Position numbers and translations under genes: made by a program
NCBI GenBank assembly: GCA_963849325.1
Contig: CAWKHF010000012.1
Coordinates: 832,001-896,000 of the forward strand
DNA from: an uncultured Planctomycetota bacterium
Lineage (GTDB): Bacteria; Planctomycetota; Planctomycetia; Gemmatales; Gemmataceae
Direction of reading: 5' to 3'
DNA length: 64,000 nucleotides
The notes under the pieces: generated by a model
What the model was told of the DNA's origin: nothing
Seen by the model: only the letters and a program-made list of their open reading frames with translations
Databases searched by the model: none
Shown here: positions 19,224-29,794 of the stretch, piece after piece
How the letters are laid out: the number at the start of each line of letters is the position of its first letter
Position numbering within the stretch: the stretch's first letter is position 1

Positions 19224-19808
19224 ATGATGACGTTGCGCGAAGCCCTGGAAGTGCTGGCGGCCCATCGCGGACGGCGGATCGTCGTCACGACCATGAGTTC
19301 GGTCGGCGTCTGGCCGAGCCTGTCGGATACGCCGCTCGACTTCGCCTACATCCCGTCGGCGATGGGCCATGCTCCGCCGCTGGGGCTGGGCCTGGCCCTG
19401 GCCCAGCCGGAGCGCGGCGTCATCGTCGTCAACGGCGACGGTTGCACGCTCATGAACCTCGGCAGCCTGGTGACACTGGCGCATCATCCGGCCAACATCT
19501 ATCTGCTGATCCTGGACAATGGCCTGTACGAAGTGACGGGCGGCCAGTCGGTCGCCGGCGCCGGCCGCACCGACTTTGCCGGCCTGGCCCGCGCCGCCGG
19601 CATTCGGCGCGTGTATGCCTTTGATACCGCCGAGGCCTGGCGCGCGGACGCCGCCGAGGCGCTGGCGGGAGATGGGCCGGTCGTGGTGTGGCTGCGGGTC
19701 GAAGGGCGCCTCGGCCAGAAGACACCGAAAGCGCCGCGGCCGATGGCCAAGCAGATCGAGCGCCTTCAACAGGCGCTGGGCGAGCCGGGTGCGTCCGCCT
19801 CCGGTTAG
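19224..19808 (+). CDS. TPP-dependent decarboxylase beta subunit (ComE-like)
   Basis: SAMGH, NGDG..MNLGSL..LDNGLYEVTGGQ TPP motif. Confidence 0.85.
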   Translation: MMTLREALEVLAAHRGRRIVVTTMSSVGVWPSLSDTPLDFAYIPSAMGHAPPLGLGLALAQPERGVIVVNGDGCTLMNLGSLVTLAHHPANIYLLILDNGLYEVTGGQSVAGAGRTDFAGLARAAGIRRVYAFDTAEAWRADAAEALAGDGPVVVWLRVEGRLGQKTPKAPRPMAKQIERLQQALGEPGASASG

Positions 19809-20198
19809 AGCGATCGCGGCCAAGGAGTTCGTCAATTCGTCAGGATGTCTTGCCAATATGCCACCCATCATGTAGAATGAGTTGGTTGCTCTACATTCCT
19901 GATGCCTTCCTCATCCTCAGAATCATTTCTTCGGATCCGGCCGACATCGAGTGTGCGGAGTAGGACATTGTCCTCGGAGGCACTCCGATGCAGGCCACGA
20001 CTCTCTTTCCCTTTCACAAACCCTTGCGCACCTTGTCGCAAAGGTTGCCCCCTTCCCAGTGGGGAGGCCTCTTGCGTTTCCGGCTCGCTTCGGGACACGC
20101 AGGGACGAGACAGTCTGCGCCAGGTAGGACCAGCGGGTTGGCGGCGGCACGGAGTTATTCCGGGAAGCCCCTTTCGCTCTGGACAAGGAGGTACAGCC

Positions 20199-20414
20199 AT
20201 GTTGGTCCTCTCGCGACGTGTGGGAGAGCAGATCGTGATCGATGGCTCGATCTATGTGACGGTCGTGGCCATCAAGGGGAACACGATCCGTCTGGGGGTC
20301 ACCGCGCCTGAGTCCGTATGCGTGGATCGCGCGGAGATCCACGAACGGCGCCGGGCGCCGGGCCGGCCTAGCCCCGAGCTTTCTTTTTCCTCCCCATCCG
20401 CAGGAGACTTTCGG
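20199..20414 (+). CDS. csrA: Carbon storage regulator CsrA (no in-frame stop before the slyD-like gene)
   Basis: MLVLSRRVGEQIVID..IRLGVTAP..VDRAEI; RBS AAGGAGG. Confidence 0.9.
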
Positions 20415-20882
20415 ATGCAAACGGTTCAACAGGGCGACCACGTCCAGGTCCATTACGTGAAACGCTTTTCCGACGGCCGAGTGGCTTCGTCCCGGTCGCG
20501 TGGCCAGGCGCCTCTGGAATTAACCATCGGCACCGACCACCCGCGTCTGCCCGGACTGGGATTGGGCCTGATCGGCCTGGCCCCGGGGAACCACGTGACG
20601 CTCACCGTCCCCGCGGAGCGGGCCTATGGGCTATCCGACCCTGGACGGATACGCCGCTTGGCCCGCACGCGCTTCGCGGCCAACCAAGCGCTCCCCATCG
20701 GCAAGTGGGTGCGAATCCTGGACCGCCGCGGCCGGCACCGCCTGGTCCGTATCATGGAAGTCCATAATCGGTTGGTGGTCGTGGATACCAATCACCCTCG
20801 GGCGGGGCAGGCGCTCGAGCTGGACGTGGAACTCGTCACCATCCATGGCCCAGACGCCGATTCGAACGCCCAGAAGATCTAA
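20415..20882 (+). CDS. FKBP-type peptidyl-prolyl isomerase (SlyD-like)
   Basis: GDHVQVHY, VPAERAYG, VDTNHPRAGQAL; own RBS AGGAGA. Confidence 0.85.
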   Translation: MQTVQQGDHVQVHYVKRFSDGRVASSRSRGQAPLELTIGTDHPRLPGLGLGLIGLAPGNHVTLTVPAERAYGLSDPGRIRRLARTRFAANQALPIGKWVRILDRRGRHRLVRIMEVHNRLVVVDTNHPRAGQALELDVELVTIHGPDADSNAQKI

Positions 20883-20987
20883 GAACCACTAACCGAATGC
20901 CCCACGAGCCGGAGCGTCCGCGACGGGTGCTTGCAACCCGTCGCGGACGCTCCGGACTAGTCGGCAAAAAGACGGATCGGAAAAAAG

Positions 20988-21281
20988 ATGTCCGTGAAAC
21001 AGCGCGATGAGCAGCACAAAGAGGAGCGGCACGCGGAGGGCGAGAAATCCGAGCGCCAGCAGCGAAATGTCCGGATTGGCCAACACGTCATGCGCGGCCT
21101 GGGCCAGCCGGGCAACCTCCAACTGGTGCAAGTCCGACAGCTGTGGGAGGATCGCTACCGGGTGAACATCCTCGTCGGTGTCGATGCCGCTTCGGTCAAG
21201 GTCGCGCACAGCTTTTTCTTGGAGACCGATGGCGACGGCAACGTGGTCGCTTCCACCCCGAGGATTACGAGGCAGTATTAA
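20988..21281 (+). CDS. Hypothetical protein
   Basis: Co-directional operon member; LWEDRYRVN..SFF. Confidence 0.65.
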   Translation: MSVKQRDEQHKEERHAEGEKSERQQRNVRIGQHVMRGLGQPGNLQLVQVRQLWEDRYRVNILVGVDAASVKVAHSFFLETDGDGNVVASTPRITRQY

Positions 21282-21365
21282 CCGAGGATCGAAGGGACGG
21301 CCGTCCCTTTCTCCGCTCTTATGCTTCTCTCGCCAAGCGGCACCCCCGGCGCGAAAGGACCAAGC

Positions 21366-21704
21366 ATGCGAAACCTCGTGGAGATCGAGAACATCGAGGA
21401 AATGCGACGCCAGGAGGGCATTGATGATGTCGAGCTTCGCGACGAGATTCGCCGGCTCGCCGTCGGCGATTTCGTCAAGGTGACATTCCTGGCCGGCACG
21501 AAGGCGTGTGAAACCTTGTTGGTCCGAATCACCAGCATCCGCGGCCCCGCATTTCGCGGCAAGTTGGTCCACGGGCCGACCTCGACGGGGCTATCGCAAT
21601 TGCGGGCCGGATCGCCCATCGCCTTCACGACGGCCCACATTCATTCCCTCTCGAAAGGGCCGTCCACGCGAGAGCAAGGATGTCCTTCCTCCCTGAGGGA
21701 GTAG
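21366..21704 (+). CDS. Hypothetical small beta-rich protein
   Basis: RBS AAGGA; IEEMRRQEGIDDVELR. Confidence 0.65.
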   Translation: MRNLVEIENIEEMRRQEGIDDVELRDEIRRLAVGDFVKVTFLAGTKACETLLVRITSIRGPAFRGKLVHGPTSTGLSQLRAGSPIAFTTAHIHSLSKGPSTREQGCPSSLRE

Positions 21705-21745
21705 CTCGGCAATCTTCCTCGCCCCTAACTGGAAAGCAGGCTGTC

Positions 21746-22101
21746 ATGGCAGGCCGAATTCTGAATCGACGTGAGCTGCGCAGCAGGCCGATCAAGCGGA
21801 GAAGTCCGAAGCGGTGGCCCCGGAAGCAGGGACCGTGGTTGTTGCCGTCAAGAAAGGGGCCAAGCGGAAGGCCGCCGCGACCCCCAAGGTGAAAAAGCCG
21901 CGCAAGGTGAAGGCGCCGCCGCGCCTGCGCGCCCGCTGGTGCATCTTCGACTCGGCCATGAAGCAGATCGCGCTCTTCGACTACAACCAGCGGGCCGCCG
22001 CCGACGAAAAGCTCGTGGACCTGCTTGCCAAGAAGAAGGGCCTTCACTTCATGGGGATTGTGAAGGAACCGATGCCCGAGCCGGCGCCCGCGGTCGAGTG
22101 A
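21746..22101 (+). CDS. Hypothetical Lys-rich protein (frameshifted)
   Basis: MAGRILNRRELR joined to KKPRKVKAPPRLRARW..VKEPM. Confidence 0.6.
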
Positions 22102-22207
22102 GTATCCTCGTCGAGAAGCGACGGGGAGAGGGATTCGTGTCTGTTTCGTTGACGGGCCTTGCTCCTCCGTGTGGAGGAAGCGGTCCTTTTCTTTGGAGAG
22201 TTCGTAA

Positions 22208-22528
22208 ATGGGTAAGAAGCTGTATGTCGGCAACCTGACCTATGGGGTGACCGACGGGGATCTCGTGAAGATGTTCGAGCCTCACGGCACGGTGGAGTCC
22301 GCTCAGGTCATCATGGACCGCGACACCGGCCGGTCCAAGGGCTTCGGCTTCGTGGAAATGAAGACCGATCAGGAAGCCCAGGGGGCCATCGCCGCCCTGA
22401 ATGGACAGGATTCGGGTGGTCGTCCGTTGACCGTCAACGAGGCGAAACCCCGAACCGAAGGGGGACGAGGCGGGTCCGGCGGTCGGGGGGGACAGGGCGG
22501 CGGCTACGGCGGCCGGCGCTCCTATTGA
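22208..22528 (+). CDS. RRM RNA-binding protein with Gly-rich tail
   Basis: RNP2 LYVGNL, RNP1 KGFGFVEM. Confidence 0.95.
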   Translation: MGKKLYVGNLTYGVTDGDLVKMFEPHGTVESAQVIMDRDTGRSKGFGFVEMKTDQEAQGAIAALNGQDSGGRPLTVNEAKPRTEGGRGGSGGRGGQGGGYGGRRSY

Positions 22529-22555
22529 GTCGAGCACGGTCCTTGTCCGCCCGAC

Positions 22556-22610
22556 GAGCCGTGAGTGTCCGCGAGCGGGAGCAACACCGCTCGCGGACAC
22601 TCACGGCTCG
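22556..22610. repeat. REP-like palindrome / possible terminator
   Basis: GAGCCGTGAGTGTCCGCGAGCGG..CCGCTCGCGGACACTCACGGCTC. Confidence 0.7.
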
Positions 22611-22713
22611 TGTCTTTCCCCGGAATGGTCCTTCTCGGGCGGTTCCGCGTACAATGCCCTCGTCCGCTCGTCCTTGAGGGGCAAGGGGTGTGGACGGCGT
22701 TCGGAGGAAGGGC

Positions 22714-23806
22714 ATGGTCCCCGTTCGCACCGCCCTGGTCGGTTGCGGCAAGGTGGGGCAGATCCACGCCGCGGCGCTGGGGAGCCTGCCGGAGTCGGAA
22801 TTCGTCGCCGTCTGCGATAGCAGCGGCGAGCGTGCTGCCGCCTTCGCGGCGCGCTTCGGGGTTCGGCCCTACACAGACCTCGCCGTCATGCTGCGCGAGG
22901 CGCGGCCGGAATCCGTGTTCGTCTGTACGCCGCATCCGCTACACGCCGCCGCCGCGATCCCGGCCGCCGAGGCCGGCGTTCACGTCTTGGTTGAGAAACC
23001 GCTGGCCGCCACCCTGGCCGACTGTGATGCCATGCTCGCCGCGGCGCGGCGGACGGGCGTCCACCTCGGCGTTGTCAGCCAGCGCCGCTTCTACGAGCCG
23101 GTTCGCCGCATGAAGGACGCCATCGACGCCGCCAAGATCGGCGCGCCCGTGCTCGGCGTCTTCGAGATGTTCAGCTGGCGCGACCGAGCCTATTATCAGT
23201 CCGACCCGTGGCGCGGTCGCTGGGACGCCGAGGGCGGCGGCGTCCTGATTAACCAGTCGCCGCACCACCTCGACCTTCTGCAATGGTTCATGGGGGAGAT
23301 CGACGAGGTAAGCGGTTACTGGGCCAACCTGAATCATCCCTACATCGAGGTCGAGGACACGGCGGTTGCGACGCTGCGATTCAAGAACGGCGGACTCGGC
23401 TCGATCGTCGCCAGCCTGTCGCAGAAGCCCGGACTGTGGGCGCAGCGTCCACGTCCACGGCCGCAATGGCGCCTCGGTTGGCGTCGAGACGGATCGCGGC
23501 GCCACCTTCGTCGCCGGCGTCTCCGCCATCGCCGAGCCACCGCTCAACGACGTGTGGACGGTGCCGGGCGAGGAGCAGCGATTGGCCGAGTTCCAGGCCG
23601 AGGACCGCGCCCGCTTCGGCCAGGTCAACGCCACGACACATTATCACGCCCTGCAAATTCAGGACTTCCTGCGGGCCGTGCGGGAGGACCGCCCGCCGCT
23701 GGTGACGGGCGAGGACGGCCGTATCGTGGTGGCCATGTTCACGGCCATCTATCGCTCCAGCCGCGAGCGCCGCCCAGTCGCATTCCCTCCGCCGCCCGAG
23801 GGATGA
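22714..23806 (+). CDS. Gfo/Idh/MocA oxidoreductase (frameshift near 23440)
   Basis: VGCGKVG, HVLVEKP, GGGVLINQSPHHLD. Confidence 0.9.
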
Positions 23807-23873
23807 TTGGGATGCGTTCCGGAATGACTTCCGTAAGGCGTTTGGGAGGGAGGCCGGCGGCGGGGAATTGGAC

Positions 23874-25414
23874 GTGTAGGCGTCTCTTCTGTTGGTAGAA
23901 CCGATGTTCAGGCTGCGGCCATTCGCGGTGGGGAGCGGCGCCAGAAGGCTTGCCATTGCCCTGTCTCGCTCTTGAACAGAGCCCGCAAATGACAGAGGGT
24001 GTCGGTGCCGTATTCCCGCCAGCGCATGCCCGACAGCTTGAGACGCTGGCCGACGATCGTCTTGCAAGCCGACTCCACGGCACCCGAACCGATCGACCAG
24101 CCATTGCCTACATAGGTCGGGTAATCCATGCGATGCACGTTGTTGCGGAAGTAGTTCACCGTCGCAGTCTGCTTCTCCCCAACCGCCGGCTTGCGCGAAG
24201 TGGGTAGCGCTTCCAGGATTTCCAGGACGCGGGCGCCCCCCTCGCGTTTCAACATTCGACACCATTCCCCAACCACACGCTGCCGCGTCTCCTCGTCGGC
24301 GGGGTAGAGCAGTTGGCCCAACTCCGTGAGGTATTCACTGGCATGCCAGAAGTCGAGGATCAGCACGGCATCGCGGGGAAAATTGCGGCGCACAAATTCT
24401 TCCAGGCCGTTACCGCCATCCGTCAGGCCGATCCACACCTCCGCCTTGTCCATGCCGACTTGGCCCGCCTGCTTGCGCAATTCCAGCCCCAACGAATCGA
24501 GGTCGTACAAGCCGGAAAGGTAACGCGCCTGCATGCGGGCGTCCGTCGGGGGTTGGTGTGGCGAGTCCTCGGGCAGTTCCGGGACCGGGTTGAAGATCAT
24601 CGCCACATAGGGCATGCGTCCCTCGGCCTTGCCGCCGTCTTTGGCCTGTTGACGCACGCCGGTCAGATCGATGCCGACCTAGGCGCACGGTGCGACCCCG
24701 CGCGTCCTTGTACCAGTCCCAAGGATGGGGAAAGGCCCAGGTGCCGCCCGCACGCAGGTGATCGGCCACGCGCTGGCCAGCCGCTTCGGTCGTCCGCTGC
24801 ACGGTGGTTTCGGCGACCCGCAGACCCGCCATCTCGGGCAGCACCTTCGTGGCGGCTTCTTCAAAGCCGTCGCTCAAGGTGCCGGCGAGGCCGACCAGTC
24901 GCTCGGTGGCCGGGGTGAACGAGCGTGACGTCAAGCCGACCGCCCTATCCCAGGGGGCCAACCCATACCCGCAACGGCCGCAGTAGTAATAGGCCCGCAG
25001 GCAGGGAACCTGTCCCAGCAGGCTCAACGGCGTTTTCGGGCGGTATCCCTGGAACTTCGCGGACTGCTGACAGCCGGGGCAATCGATGCCCGATCCTTGG
25101 TAGCCGAGCTTTTTTTAAGCGCTCTTGGAGGGCGACGGCGCCGAGGTGATGGACGATGTTGCGGGCTTCAAACTCGGTATCGCCGAAGACCTCGGTGTCG
25201 CCCTTGCTGACCAGCAAGCGCGCCAGGGCCAGGATGTCGCTGTCGGCACGAGCGTGAATGCGTGCCGCCAGTTCCTGGGCTTGGGCTTCCAATTCCGCGT
25301 TCAAAGGCTCGTGCAGCGACATGGGATACTCCTTCGCCAGAGTGAAGTTGCCATCATACCGCGATTTTCGCACGTCCTGGACAAAAGTTCTACCAACTCT
25401 TCAGATGCTCACAC
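23874..25414 (-). mobile_element. ISKra4-family insertion sequence, probably degenerate
   Basis: Transposase 23908-25322 with DGG, DFWHA, IGSGAVESACK..RLKLSGMRW; imperfect IRs GTGT..GTTGGTAGAAC at both ends; frameshifts and an in-frame TAG near 24680. Confidence 0.85.
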
Positions 25415-25534
25415 TCGGGTTGCCCGGACCCCAATTTTGATGTTCATTCCTGGATAAGTTCGGTTACGATGGAGATGGCCTCCGCTTCGTACCCCGCCGC
25501 GATCGGAGGTGGGAACCCCTGACCGGAGGAGCGC

Positions 25535-26545
25535 ATGATCGACCGCCCGTCGTCCTCCGCGGCCCCGGAGAAGTGGCCCGCGGACTTCGAGTTTCGCCCT
25601 CTGCCATTTCTGAGGAACCCCCACGTGCAGACCGTCCTGGGCGTGCTGGTGCCCGGCGCGGATTGTCCGCTGCCCAACCAGCGGCGCCTCGTGTACCTGC
25701 CCGACGGCGACGCGCTGGTGCTGCACAACAACACGCCGGCCGGTTGGAAAGCCGGCGATCCGCTGGCCCTGCTCATCCACGGCCTGAGTGGTTCGCACGT
25801 CTCCAAGCACATCCGCCGCCTGGCCGCCTTGCTGCTGGCGCGGCGCGTGCGAGTCGTTCGCCTGGACCTGCGCGGCGCCGGCCACGGCCTGCCCCTGGCC
25901 CGCCGCAGCTACCACGCCGGCCGTTCCGACGATGTCCGCGCCGCCCTGGAAGAGATCCACAGCTGGAGTCCGACGTCGCCGCTGTTGCTGCTGGGCGTGT
26001 CGTTGGGCGGTGCCCTGGCGTTGAAGATGGCGGCCGAGGCGGCCGACCGTCCGCTGCCCGCCCTGGTCCGCATCGCCGTCGCCGCCCCGCCGATCGACCT
26101 ACCGCGCTGCGCCGCCCTGCTGGCCCTGCCGAAGAATCGCCTCTACGACAACAACTTCGTCCGCGACCTGACCGCACAGGTCCGCCTCCGCCAGCGCTAT
26201 TTCCCCGACCTGCCGCCGCTGCGTTTCCCGCGTCGCATGACCCTGCGCCTGTTCGACGAGCTGTACACGGCCCCGCGCGGTGGCTTCGACGACGCCGAGG
26301 ATTATTACCGCAAGGCTTCCTGCGCCGCGCTCATCCCCAACATCCAGGTGCCGACCTTGATCCTGACGGCCCGCGATGATCCGTTCATCGCCGTCGAGCC
26401 GTTCGAGCAGCTCAAAGTGCCGCCGCACATTCGGGTGCGCATCGTGCCGCACGGCGGACACATCGGCTTCCTCGGCTGGGACGGCCTGGGCGGCATCCGC
26501 TGGGCCGAACGCCGCATGGTCGAGTGGGTCCTCAACCTGTACTGA
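25535..26545 (+). CDS. YheT-like alpha/beta hydrolase
   Basis: NPHVQT, HGLSG, GVSLGG, DDPF, GGHIGF. Confidence 0.9.
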   Translation: MIDRPSSSAAPEKWPADFEFRPLPFLRNPHVQTVLGVLVPGADCPLPNQRRLVYLPDGDALVLHNNTPAGWKAGDPLALLIHGLSGSHVSKHIRRLAALLLARRVRVVRLDLRGAGHGLPLARRSYHAGRSDDVRAALEEIHSWSPTSPLLLLGVSLGGALALKMAAEAADRPLPALVRIAVAAPPIDLPRCAALLALPKNRLYDNNFVRDLTAQVRLRQRYFPDLPPLRFPRRMTLRLFDELYTAPRGGFDDAEDYYRKASCAALIPNIQVPTLILTARDDPFIAVEPFEQLKVPPHIRVRIVPHGGHIGFLGWDGLGGIRWAERRMVEWVLNLY

Positions 26546-27618
26546 TTGGTTGCTGCTGCGTCAGGCAGTGCAGCGTGCCCAGACCCCACACCAGATCGAC
26601 GGCGTGGATGCCGAGGACCGTCCGCCCCGGAAACAGGCCGGCGAGGACGTCCAGCGCGCGGCGATCGTTGGCGTCGTTGAAGGTCGGCACTAGGACGCAC
26701 TCGTTGGCGATGTAGAAGTTGGCGTAGCTCGCCGGCAGCCGTTGGCCGGCGAAGTACAGCGGCGCCGGCATCGGTAACGTGTGGATCTCCAGCGGCCGGC
26801 CGTCGAGGTCCGTCATGCCCCGCAGCCGCAGCAGGTTCTCTTGCAGCGGCTCGTAATTCACGTCGCCGCGATCCTCCTCCACCGCGGTGACGACGGTGTG
26901 CGGGCCGACGAACCGGGCCAGGTCGTCGATGTGGCCGTGCGTGTCGTCGCCGGCGATGCCGCGGCCCAGCCACAGTACCTTGCGGACGCCGAGGTAGTCG
27001 GCGAACAGGCGTTCGTAATCCTCCCGCGAAAATCCAGGGTTGCGCTGTTGCACGTCGCCGAGTAGGCATTCCTCCGTGGTCAGGAGCAAGCCCTGGCCGT
27101 TGACGTCGATGCTGCCGCCCTCCAGGACAACGCGGCGACCGTCTCTCTCGGGCCGCCACACCGGCAGCGACAACCGGGCCACGAGTCGCCGCGTCACGCC
27201 GTCGTCGCGCTGCCAGTTGGGGTACTTGGCCCAGGCATTGAACGCGAAATCGACAATGGCCACACCATCGCTTGGCTGGCCCGACGTGAGGAAGAGCGGG
27301 CCGTAGTCGCGCGTCCAGACGCGATCCGTGGGGATGTGCCAGAACGAAATACGCTCCGGATCCAAGGCTAACTTCTCGAGTACGGCGCGAGCCTTGCCGT
27401 TCGCCGCGCGCACCGTTGACCAGGATGCGCACCTCTTCCGAGCGGTGCAGGTGGCGGACGATCTCGCCGTAGACCCACGGGACCGGAGCGAACTTGTCCG
27501 GCCAATCGTCGCGCTGGTGCGGCCAGGCGATCCACGTCGCCCGGTGCGGCTCCCATTCCGCAGGCATGTGGTAGCCCAGCGGCGACGGCACGGCAAGAGG
27601 AGGGGCTTCGGGGGACAT
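26532..27618 (-). CDS. aguA: Agmatine deiminase family protein (frameshifted)
   Basis: MPAEWEPH, WTRDYGP, LEGGSI, DDTHGHIDD, SYANFY, GTLHCLTQQ. Confidence 0.92.
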
Positions 27619-27651
27619 GACAGAAGTGTATAGACGCTCCGGATTCTGTCC

Positions 27652-27740
27652 GAGCCGCGACCGTCAGGGAGTGGGGGCAACCGCTCGCTAACGCTCGCGG
27701 CTCTGTTGGGTCGGCAACCGCTCGCTGACGCTCGCGGCTC
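27652..27740. repeat. REP-like repeats (GAGCCGCGA..CCGCTCGCT.ACGCTCGCGGCTC family)
   Basis: Inverted and tandem copies; related copies at 38594-38647 and 53486-53539. Confidence 0.75.
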
Positions 27741-27757
27741 TGTTGGGTCCGCTCGCT

Positions 27758-28531
27758 CTAATACGGAAACGTCTCATCCACCGGGGCGGCGGCCAGTTCG
27801 ATGAGGAAATCGCCCAGGCGCTCGGTCAGCACGTCCATCAAGCGCCGGCCCTTGTCGGCGGAGGCGGCCCTGGGATCGCCCAGGCCGGTGTTGGCGCTGA
27901 CCAGGTGCCAGGGTCGGGTCAGACTGATCCAGCCGCGATTGATCGCCTCGAAGCGCGACGGCTTCGCCGCGCCGTCATCTGCCAATTCGGGATGAAGGAG
28001 ATCGGTAAAGAAGGCTAAACCGAGGCTCGTCTCCACCTCGTCGGCGTGTTCACCGGGATTGTCGAACAGGCCCGGATAGACGTCGCGGGCCATGCGGAAC
28101 CAGTCGCACACGCACAGGAAGACGCCACTCTTGTGGTGCAGTTCGCGCGTCAGCGGCTTCAGTTCGTTACCACCGTGACCGTTGAGCAGCACCAACTTGC
28201 GCACGCCCTGTCGCTCCAGCGAATCGACCAGGTCGGTCAGCAGATGCAACAGCGTCGTCGGCGTGACGCTGCACGCCAGGGCGCCGGGGATGTGCAGGTG
28301 GTTGGTGTTGACGCCGTAAGGAATGGTCGGCAGCAGCGCCACGCGCGCGCCGGCCTGGTAAGCTCGCTCGCAGGCCCGTTGGCCGAGTATCTCGACCTGG
28401 AACGTATCGGTGCCGTAGGGCATGTGCAGATTGTGCGGCTCCGTCGCCCCGAAAGGCAGCACCGCCGCCTGCCAGCGCTGCTCACGGACAAAGGCGTGCG
28501 TTTGTTCCGCCAGAATGCTCTCGCGCATCAA
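27758..28531 (-). CDS. Creatininase family amidohydrolase
   Basis: GATEPHNLHMPYGTD, NGHGGN, HADEVETS. Confidence 0.9.
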   Translation of the reverse strand: MMRESILAEQTHAFVREQRWQAAVLPFGATEPHNLHMPYGTDTFQVEILGQRACERAYQAGARVALLPTIPYGVNTNHLHIPGALACSVTPTTLLHLLTDLVDSLERQGVRKLVLLNGHGGNELKPLTRELHHKSGVFLCVCDWFRMARDVYPGLFDNPGEHADEVETSLGLAFFTDLLHPELADDGAAKPSRFEAINRGWISLTRPWHLVSANTGLGDPRAASADKGRRLMDVLTERLGDFLIELAAAPVDETFPY

Positions 28532-28636
28532 AGGATTTCCCGATGGACAATGCAGTTCCTCGTTTTATAGCGTCTGCGGAAAGGAATGTCCGCCCGTCTC
28601 GGGAATGGTCCAAGGATTTCTACCTTACCGCGGCGT

Positions 28637-29702
28637 TCACGAGGCGGGAAGCGTCTTCAGGAAGTTCTCGACTTCCTCATCGACGAGCCGGTCGAACAGC
28701 TCGCGGTCGGCGGGAGTGAACGCCGGCGAGGCGCGATAGGCACGCTTGCTCTCGGCGCGTTGGCGCTCAACGGACTCGGCGATGTCCGTGCGCAACGCCG
28801 CCCAGGAGGTCGGCGCGGATCGTCGCTTGCTCGTCGCGGTCGTTGACGTCGAGCTGCTGGAACAGTTGTGCCAGCTCCAACTCCTGCCGGCGGGCCAACT
28901 CCTGCTGGTCGCGCTGTGCGGCCAAGGTCCGGGCGAGGGATGCCGACAGGGCGCGGAAGGCCGGCGTGGCGCGAACATGGGCGATTCGGCGAGCGTGTTC
29001 CGCGGCGCGGCGCTCGGCCAGCCGACGCTCGGCGTCGCGCTTCGCCTGGCGCTGTTGCATCTCCCTGGCCAGTTGGCGGCGCATCGTGTCCTTGAGGATC
29101 TCCCTTACTCCCTCGGCGTGCAACCCGCCGTCTTTGGGGAGCTGTCCGTCTACCGCGAACGCGGTCAGGGCATCGTCGGAGAGGCCGGCCAACGTGCGGG
29201 CAGCCTCCGCGCTGGAGGTGGCGCGTTCGACATCCGCGCGCAGCAACCGGGCATGCTCGCGTTCCGTCGCTCCGGGGTGAGCGTCATAGGCGCGGAGCAG
29301 AAGGAGGGCGTTGACCGCGTCCTTGCCCTCGATGGCGCGGGTGGCGGCTTGAAGCAATGCATCGGCCTGGGAGCGCCACGCCTGTTCGAGTACCGATTGC
29401 ACCTCATCGAGGTTGATTGCGTGCTCCTCGTTCAGTGCGTCCTCCAGCTGGCAGATGGCTTCCTCCCACTGCCGTCCCGCGAGGTGCGTGCGAGCAGCTT
29501 CGATCCGGGCGGCGACGCGCTCGGTGGCACGGGCCGCCACCCGAACTTCCTGCCGTCCGCGCAGCCAGGCGCATTCAACGCCGACCAGCCCCGCGAGGAA
29601 GAGAACGAAGGCCGCGAGGTACGAAGGAGGAATCGGCCGTGACGGCCGGCGCGCCCATCGAGGCAGTGGGGGAGGAACAACGGGGGCTTCTCGGCTGGAC
29701 AT
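28637..29702 (-). CDS. Hypothetical membrane-anchored helical protein (frameshifted)
   Basis: N-terminal TM followed by TPR/coiled-coil-like sequence. Confidence 0.55.
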
Positions 29703-29794
29703 GGCGATGCCTCATCGACGACGAGCCGCACCGGCCCACAGCGGCCGGCGAAGAACGCCTTCGCCGACGCCGCGGGCCGGTGGGGCCGTTCGCG

